Shown: positions 58,200 to 64,000 of the stretch, in pieces | How positions within the stretch are numbered: position 1 is the first letter of the stretch | How the letters are laid out: each line of letters starts with the position of its first letter | Assembly (NCBI GenBank): GCA_934464585.1 | Contig: CAKSJY010000004.1 | Span: forward strand, 8,092 to 72,091 | Direction: 5' to 3' | DNA from: an uncultured Eubacteriales bacterium | GTDB taxonomy: Bacteria > Bacillota > Clostridia > Oscillospirales > Acutalibacteraceae | DNA length: 64,000 bases | Notes under the pieces: generated by a model | The model's database searches: none | Told to the model about the DNA's origin: nothing | The model's input: the letters and a program-made list of their open reading frames with translations, nothing else | Made by a program: the position numbers and the translations under genes

Positions 58200-58553
58200 T
58201 TATTTTCTTTTTTTCTTTCCAGAAACATAAAGACCTATTAATATAATTACAAGCAAAGAAGCAACCACTGAAATTCCTATATATAAATATACCTTGGCCT
58301 TTCTGCTGGGCTTTATATCTCTATCATTATTCGAAATATTTCCTTCTTTAACATATTCACTTTGTTCATCAACAACATTTGTTTCTGCTGTTGCAGTCAA
58401 AGATTTTTCCGAAAAATCAACCTTATATGCTAGGTTATCACAGTAAAAGCATATAAGAAACGCTGAAAACATTAATATAAAAAATAAAATATTTTTCTTG
58501 TATCCCACATTACTCCTTCTTTCTTTGTAAAACCATGTTATTATAGTTCTCAC
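58200..58553 (-). CDS. small two-TM membrane protein with a basic C-terminus
   Basis: The hydrophobic segments are ILFFILMFSAFLICFYC and VYLYIGISVVASLLVIILIGLYV. It ends in GKKKRK. Confidence 0.4.
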   Translation of the reverse strand: MRTIITWFYKERRSNVGYKKNILFFILMFSAFLICFYCDNLAYKVDFSEKSLTATAETNVVDEQSEYVKEGNISNNDRDIKPSRKAKVYLYIGISVVASLLVIILIGLYVSGKKKRK

Positions 58554-58643
58554 ATTATTGTAAAGAAATTCATAATATATTTAATTCATTAATCAGATGC
58601 TATAGACCAATAAGTCTAAAAAATATAATCGGAGAGTGATATT

Positions 58644-59912
58644 ATGGCTACAATTAAAGCTTTTAAAGCTTTACGGTATAACCCTAAACTTGTCACTAAT
58701 ATGGAAAATGTAATATGCCCACCATATGATATAGTCGACAATGAAGAATATAATAAACTAATTAAAAAAAGCCTCTATAATCTCATAAGACTTGAACTCC
58801 CAAAAGAATCCGAAACTCCATACAAACATGCAAAAAAGCTTCTTGACAGCTGGGAAAAACAAGGTATTTTAACATATGATAAAAAAAATTCTCTCTATGT
58901 ATATGAAGAGGAATTTATGTTAAAAAATGAGGTAAAAAAAATAAAGGGCCTTATATGCCGTGTAAAACTAGAGGAATTTTCAAAAAGAATAATCCTTCCA
59001 CATGAGGAGACCTTATCTAAAGCTAAAGAAGATCGTCTTAATCTTATGGAAAACACTGCATGTAACTTTAGCCCGATTTACTCTTTATATATAGATGACG
59101 ATAACAAAACTTACACCGATATCAACAATCTTACAAATTCTAAACCTACTATCGAGGTAACAGATGAAAATAAGATTATACACAGGCTTTGGATAATTGA
59201 TAATCAAAATATAACTGAAAAAATATGTTCTGATTTTAAAACAAGAAAACTTTATATCGCCGATGGTCATCACCGCTATGAAACCGCCTTAAAATACAAT
59301 AAACTGCATCCAAGCAATTCAAGCAAATATGTAATGATGATGCTTGTAGACATGCAAAACGATGGATTAGTGGTATTTCCAACTCACCGACTTGTTAAAA
59401 ATATTAATGATTTTGACCCGCAACAGTTAATTAAAAGTGTTAAAACACACTTCGACATTTTAGAAATAGAAGATACAAAGTCAATTGAGTCAAAACTTAA
59501 TATATACTACAAAAACGGCAAAAACGCATTCGCTTTCTACTATGGCAAAGACAAAGCTGTAATCATGGTTTTAAGGGACAATAGTGTCCTTGATAATCTT
59601 ATCCCCCAAAAAAGCAAGGCGTTCAAATCTCTTGATGTTACTGTACTTCATAGTTTAATCCTAGAAAAACTTTTGGGAATCAACGACGATAATATGGCAA
59701 ACCAATTAAATTTATCATACACACGTAATTTTAACAAAGCATTCCAAGAAGTAGATTCCGGCAATGCAAACTGCGCATTTATATTAAACCCAACAAAGGT
59801 TTCTCAAATTAAAGATGTCGCCTTGGCAGGCGAAAAAATGCCCCAAAAGTCAACTTATTTTTTCCCTAAGCTCATTTCAGGATTAGTTATTAATGATATT
59901 CTAATCGATTAA
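58644..59912 (+). CDS. DUF1015 family protein
   Basis: The N-terminus ATIKAFKALRYNP and the motif YIADGHHRYETAL fit DUF1015. Confidence 0.75.
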   Translation: MATIKAFKALRYNPKLVTNMENVICPPYDIVDNEEYNKLIKKSLYNLIRLELPKESETPYKHAKKLLDSWEKQGILTYDKKNSLYVYEEEFMLKNEVKKIKGLICRVKLEEFSKRIILPHEETLSKAKEDRLNLMENTACNFSPIYSLYIDDDNKTYTDINNLTNSKPTIEVTDENKIIHRLWIIDNQNITEKICSDFKTRKLYIADGHHRYETALKYNKLHPSNSSKYVMMMLVDMQNDGLVVFPTHRLVKNINDFDPQQLIKSVKTHFDILEIEDTKSIESKLNIYYKNGKNAFAFYYGKDKAVIMVLRDNSVLDNLIPQKSKAFKSLDVTVLHSLILEKLLGINDDNMANQLNLSYTRNFNKAFQEVDSGNANCAFILNPTKVSQIKDVALAGEKMPQKSTYFFPKLISGLVINDILID

Positions 59913-60055
59913 TTAAATTAACATTAGATTTTATACCACAACATATGAATTCAAATTGAATTATCTTCTCAATTGGTGTATAATCAAACACAATACAATT
60001 TAATACTATAATGTAAAATCTTTTATCTATAAAAAATCATTATGGAGGATTGAAA

Positions 60056-62458
60056 ATGAGTAATAAATTATCTAGCAATGAAATCCGCAGACTTATAATA
60101 GGAAAGCTATCGCACAACTTTGGGATAAGCCCTGCAGAGGCTAACGATGAACAATTTTATAAAGCTATTGTCCTTATCTTAAATGATATTTTAACAGCAA
60201 AGAGATCTAAATTTTGCAAGGAAGCTGCTAAACAAGGGACAAAACAAATTTATTATCTATGTATGGAATTTTTAATGGGACGCTCATTAAAAAATAATCT
60301 TTTCAATCTTGGTATGGAAGAAGCTGTATCTAATGCACTTTCCAGTTTTGATATTGACATTAACGACATATACGAACAAGAACCCGATGCAGGTTTAGGT
60401 AACGGTGGTTTAGGAAGACTTGCTGCTTGTTTCTTAGATGGTTTAGCAACAACTAATCATTCTGCAATGGGATATTCTCTTAAGTATGAGTTTGGTATGT
60501 TTAGTCAAAAACTTATAGATGGTTGGCAAACCGAACTCCCTGATTTCTGGCTTCCAGGCGGGGAAGTATGGCTTCAGGCACGTCCTGAAAAAACTGTTGA
60601 AGTCCTTTTTGGCGGGGATATCGAAGAATCATGGGATGGTGCATATCACGAAGTAAAACATGTAAACGCCAATAAAGTTATGGCAGTACCTTATGATTTA
60701 ATGGTTTCCGGTATGGGAGGAAAAGGTATAAGTAAACTTCGCCTTTGGTCAGCAAAATCTACTGCATTTGACATGAAACTTTTCAATAGCGGAAATTATG
60801 TTAGTGCTATGGAAAAAAATGCTAAGGAAGAAGTTATAACAAAAGTACTATATCCTGAAGACAATCATTATGAAGGAAAGAGCCTAAGGCTTGCACAACA
60901 ATATTTCCTAGTTTCAGCAACTATCCAGGATATAATCCATCGTCATCTAAGAAAAAATGACTCTTTGGATAATTTACCTGAATTAGTAGCAATCCATCTA
61001 AATGATACACACCCTGTATTAGCTATACCTGAACTTATGCGTATTATGCTTGATGAATGTGGCTATACTTGGGATAAAGCATGGGATATCGTTACAAGGA
61101 CCGTTGCCTATACAAACCACACTGTAATGAAAGAAGCCCTTGAATGCTGGGATAGAGAGATGTTTAAACGCAGACTCCCCAGAATATATCAAATACTCGA
61201 AGAAATCAATAATCGTTTCTGCAACGATATGCATAATCTAGGCGTAGATCCTCAAAAGATAGGCCAAATGGCTATTATCAATAATGGAATAATCAGAATG
61301 GCAAACCTTGCTGTTATTGCTTGTCATAGTGTAAACGGCGTTTCAAGGCTTCACAGTGAAATATTAAAAAATACTGTTTTCAAAGATTTTTATGCTATTA
61401 CTCCAGATAAATTCAAAAATGTAACCAACGGTATAGCCCACCGCAGATGGCTTAACCAGGCAAATCCGGAGCTTGCAAAACTAATTACAGAGCTTATAGG
61501 AGATAAATATATATACGAAGCTTCTGAACTTCAGAATTTACTAAAATATAAAGATGATATCAGTGTTTTAAATCGCCTTGCAGAAATAAAACATCAAAAT
61601 AAGATAAATATGTCAAACTATATAAAGAAACACAACGGTATCAGTATCGACCCTGACTCTATCTTTGATGTGCAGGTCAAAAGGCTACATGAATATAAGC
61701 GTCAACACATGAACGCTCTTCATATATTGTCTTTATATCAATGGTTAAAGGCTCACCCAAATGCACCATTCACACCAAAAACTTATATATTTGGTGCTAA
61801 GGCAGCTTCAGGATACTACTTTGCAAAACAAATTATCAGATTTATTGTCATGATGGCAGACACTATCAACAATGACCCTGATGTAAACCAAAAATTAAAG
61901 GTAATTTTCTTAGAGGACTACAAAGTCACTGTTGCAGAAAAACTTATGCCTGCATCCGAAATCAGTGAACAAATTTCCTTGGCAGGTACCGAAGCCAGCG
62001 GAACCGGCAACATGAAATTCATGATAAACGGTGCAATAACTTTAGGTACACTCGATGGTGCAAATGTTGAAATAAGTGAGGCTGTAGGCAACGATAATAT
62101 AATAATTTTTGGTATGACTACACCTGAAGTTGAAGATTTAAAACTTCACTATAATCCACAAATATACTATCAAAATAATCCTGTTATAAAGGGTGCTCTC
62201 GACACCCTAAATACCGGATTTAAAGGCATAAGATTTAATGATATTTATGATTCATTATTAACAATAGACCAATACATGGTTTTAGCAGATTTTGAAGACT
62301 ACTCAAGAGCACAGACCAAGGCTTCAGAGTTATATGCAAACAAAGAAAACTGGAACCGTATGTCACTAATAAATATAGCTAATGCAGGCCGTTTTGCCGC
62401 AGACAGAGCTATACAGGAATATGCAGATAATATTTGGGGCGCACGTCCACTAAAATAA
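60056..62458 (+). CDS. glgP: glycogen/maltodextrin phosphorylase
   Basis: DAGLGNGGLGRLAACFLD and the PLP-lysine motif EASGTGNMKFMINGA are present. ATG at 60056 lies 7 nt after GGAGG. Confidence 0.95.
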   Translation: MSNKLSSNEIRRLIIGKLSHNFGISPAEANDEQFYKAIVLILNDILTAKRSKFCKEAAKQGTKQIYYLCMEFLMGRSLKNNLFNLGMEEAVSNALSSFDIDINDIYEQEPDAGLGNGGLGRLAACFLDGLATTNHSAMGYSLKYEFGMFSQKLIDGWQTELPDFWLPGGEVWLQARPEKTVEVLFGGDIEESWDGAYHEVKHVNANKVMAVPYDLMVSGMGGKGISKLRLWSAKSTAFDMKLFNSGNYVSAMEKNAKEEVITKVLYPEDNHYEGKSLRLAQQYFLVSATIQDIIHRHLRKNDSLDNLPELVAIHLNDTHPVLAIPELMRIMLDECGYTWDKAWDIVTRTVAYTNHTVMKEALECWDREMFKRRLPRIYQILEEINNRFCNDMHNLGVDPQKIGQMAIINNGIIRMANLAVIACHSVNGVSRLHSEILKNTVFKDFYAITPDKFKNVTNGIAHRRWLNQANPELAKLITELIGDKYIYEASELQNLLKYKDDISVLNRLAEIKHQNKINMSNYIKKHNGISIDPDSIFDVQVKRLHEYKRQHMNALHILSLYQWLKAHPNAPFTPKTYIFGAKAASGYYFAKQIIRFIVMMADTINNDPDVNQKLKVIFLEDYKVTVAEKLMPASEISEQISLAGTEASGTGNMKFMINGAITLGTLDGANVEISEAVGNDNIIIFGMTTPEVEDLKLHYNPQIYYQNNPVIKGALDTLNTGFKGIRFNDIYDSLLTIDQYMVLADFEDYSRAQTKASELYANKENWNRMSLINIANAGRFAADRAIQEYADNIWGARPLK

Positions 62459-62490
62459 TATACACGACTTAGAACAGGAGAAAAATAAAC

Positions 62491-64000
62491 ATGAATACTA
62501 TTTTTAATTCGCGTGATACTTTTTATCGCAATCCTAAATATGCAGTTAGCGAAAGCACACGAGTACATTTTAAAATAGTTTTACCAAGAAGTTTAAATTG
62601 TTCAAACGCAGTATTGAAAATCATTTCAGATTCCGACAATCAGTCGTTTTGTAACTCTATGTTTTGGTGTGGAATGAAAGACGACAACCATGAAATGTGG
62701 GAATGTCATTTTACACCTGAAAACTATGGACTTTACTGGTATCATTTTGAAATAGAAACAATAAACGGAACAGAAAAGATAACTCGCGACACAAACACAA
62801 ACAAAGCTTTAATTAATCAAGACGGAGCCTCTTGGCAGTTAACTGTTACTGCCAAGGACTTTAAAACTCCAGATTGGCTTTGTGGAGGAATAATGTATCA
62901 AATATTCCCCGATAGATTCTTTAATTCCGGTAAAAAGAAAACCCTCGTACCAAAAGACCGTAAGATTAGAAAAGATTGGGATGGAATTCCTGAATTTAGA
63001 CCTGATGAAAATAACCAAATTACCAATTCAGATTATTTCGGTGGAGACTTAAAAGGAATATTAGATAAACTTGATTATATTGAAAGTTTGGGAGTAAATT
63101 GCATTTATCTTAATCCAATTTTTGAATCCCATTCTAATCATAGATATGATGTTGCTGATTACAATAAAATAGATCCACTTTTGGGTAGTATGGCAGACTT
63201 CAACCGTCTATGCAAAGAATTAAAAAAGAGAGATATGCACTTAATCATAGACGGTGTATTCAGTCATACCGGAAGTGATAGCATATACTTCAATAAAAAT
63301 AATAGATACGATACTGTAGGGGCATACAATTCCAAAGATTCACAATATTATAAGTGGTATAAGTTCTCAAATTGGCCTGAAGACTATAGTTCTTGGTGGG
63401 GATTTAAAAATTTACCTGAATTAGAGGAAACTAATCCTGAATATAATAAATTCATTAATGGTGAAGATGGAATAATAAGAAAGTGGATTAAGGAAGGTGC
63501 TTCAGGTTGGAGACTAGATGTTGCTGATGAACTTCCGGATTCCTTTATCGAGAATTTAAGAGAGGCTGCAAAATATGAAAATCCAGACGCTCTAATATTA
63601 GGAGAAGTGTGGGAAGATGCTTCTAACAAAGAAAGTTATTCTCACCGCAGAAAGTTCCTGCTTGGTAAGCAACTAGACAGTGTAATGAATTATCCATTTA
63701 AAAATGCTATTTTAGGCTTCTTACGCGGAGAAGACGGTGGCTTAAAAATGGAAGAAATTCTAACAATCGTAGAGAATTATCCGAAAGAAGTAACAAGAAA
63801 CCTTATGAATCCTTTGGGTACTCACGATACTCCACGTGCACTCACCGCTTTAGTTGGGGAACGCATAAATGGCCGTGGCCGAGACTGGCAAGCTTCACAG
63901 AAACTAGATGAAAATGAAAAGGCTCATGGAATAAAACTTCTTAAAACAGCCGCTGCTATGCAATATACGCTTCCAGGTGTACCATGTATATATTATGGTG
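62491..64000 (+). CDS. GH13 alpha-amylase family enzyme (neopullulanase/cyclomaltodextrinase-like), 3' end outside the window
   Basis: It is absent from the ORF track because no stop codon falls in the window. My translation from ATG 62491 is open to the end and contains GH13 regions I-IV: DGVFSH, GWRLDVADE, LGEVWED and LGTHDTPR. Confidence 0.85.
   Translation, partial: MNTIFNSRDTFYRNPKYAVSESTRVHFKIVLPRSLNCSNAVLKIISDSDNQSFCNSMFWCGMKDDNHEMWECHFTPENYGLYWYHFEIETINGTEKITRDTNTNKALINQDGASWQLTVTAKDFKTPDWLCGGIMYQIFPDRFFNSGKKKTLVPKDRKIRKDWDGIPEFRPDENNQITNSDYFGGDLKGILDKLDYIESLGVNCIYLNPIFESHSNHRYDVADYNKIDPLLGSMADFNRLCKELKKRDMHLIIDGVFSHTGSDSIYFNKNNRYDTVGAYNSKDSQYYKWYKFSNWPEDYSSWWGFKNLPELEETNPEYNKFINGEDGIIRKWIKEGASGWRLDVADELPDSFIENLREAAKYENPDALILGEVWEDASNKESYSHRRKFLLGKQLDSVMNYPFKNAILGFLRGEDGGLKMEEILTIVENYPKEVTRNLMNPLGTHDTPRALTALVGERINGRGRDWQASQKLDENEKAHGIKLLKTAAAMQYTLPGVPCIYYG

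Noticed and set aside
44560-58200. Direct repeats (att sites) flanking the phage-like cluster.
   Set aside because: I compared both borders by eye and saw no shared repeat of 12 nt or more. I cannot exclude short or imperfect repeats without a computed alignment, so no att call is made.

Overview
Low-GC chromosomal segment from a spore-forming Firmicute, probably a Clostridia-type organism (spoIIE, rubrerythrin, ppdK and LL-DAP aminotransferase are present). All calls come from reading the ORF translations and the DNA by eye; no searches were run. Most of the window is housekeeping: pyrG (partial), dapL, the pncA-pncB NAD salvage pair, two DegV paralogs, rsmI, spoIIE, pdxK, rpsB-tsf, an ftsE-ftsX-M23 peptidase-S41 protease operon, alr, ppdK, glgP and a partial GH13 amylase. 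I saw no rRNA, tRNA, CRISPR array, transposase or integrase. Three accessory regions stand out. (1) 44.7-57.9 kb is a tightly packed 21-ORF minus-strand cluster in PBSX (xtm/xkd) gene order. It encodes a head plus a contractile tail but has no integrase, repressor, replication or lysis genes. The slot where the tape-measure gene should sit holds only a 98-codon ORF. This is a candidate domesticated phage-like particle or GTA-type locus and is my top candidate for something new. (2) 11.7-17.1 kb holds four tandem paralogs of secreted beta-helix proteins with GGGVYN-type repeats. Repeat number varies, similarity between paralogs is mosaic, three promoters are duplicated, and the C-terminal tail is conserved with no recognisable anchor. 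(3) 22.3-25.6 kb is a lone 1109-aa protein with an N-terminal DUF4157-like HExxH domain, one hydrophobic segment and a large uncharacterised C-terminal region. Smaller observations include a degenerate MalK/MsmX-like ABC ATPase, a decaying membrane-protein paralog, a perfect 18-bp palindrome at an XRE promoter, a -1 frameshift site in the tail chaperone genes, and a heptad-repeat protein.
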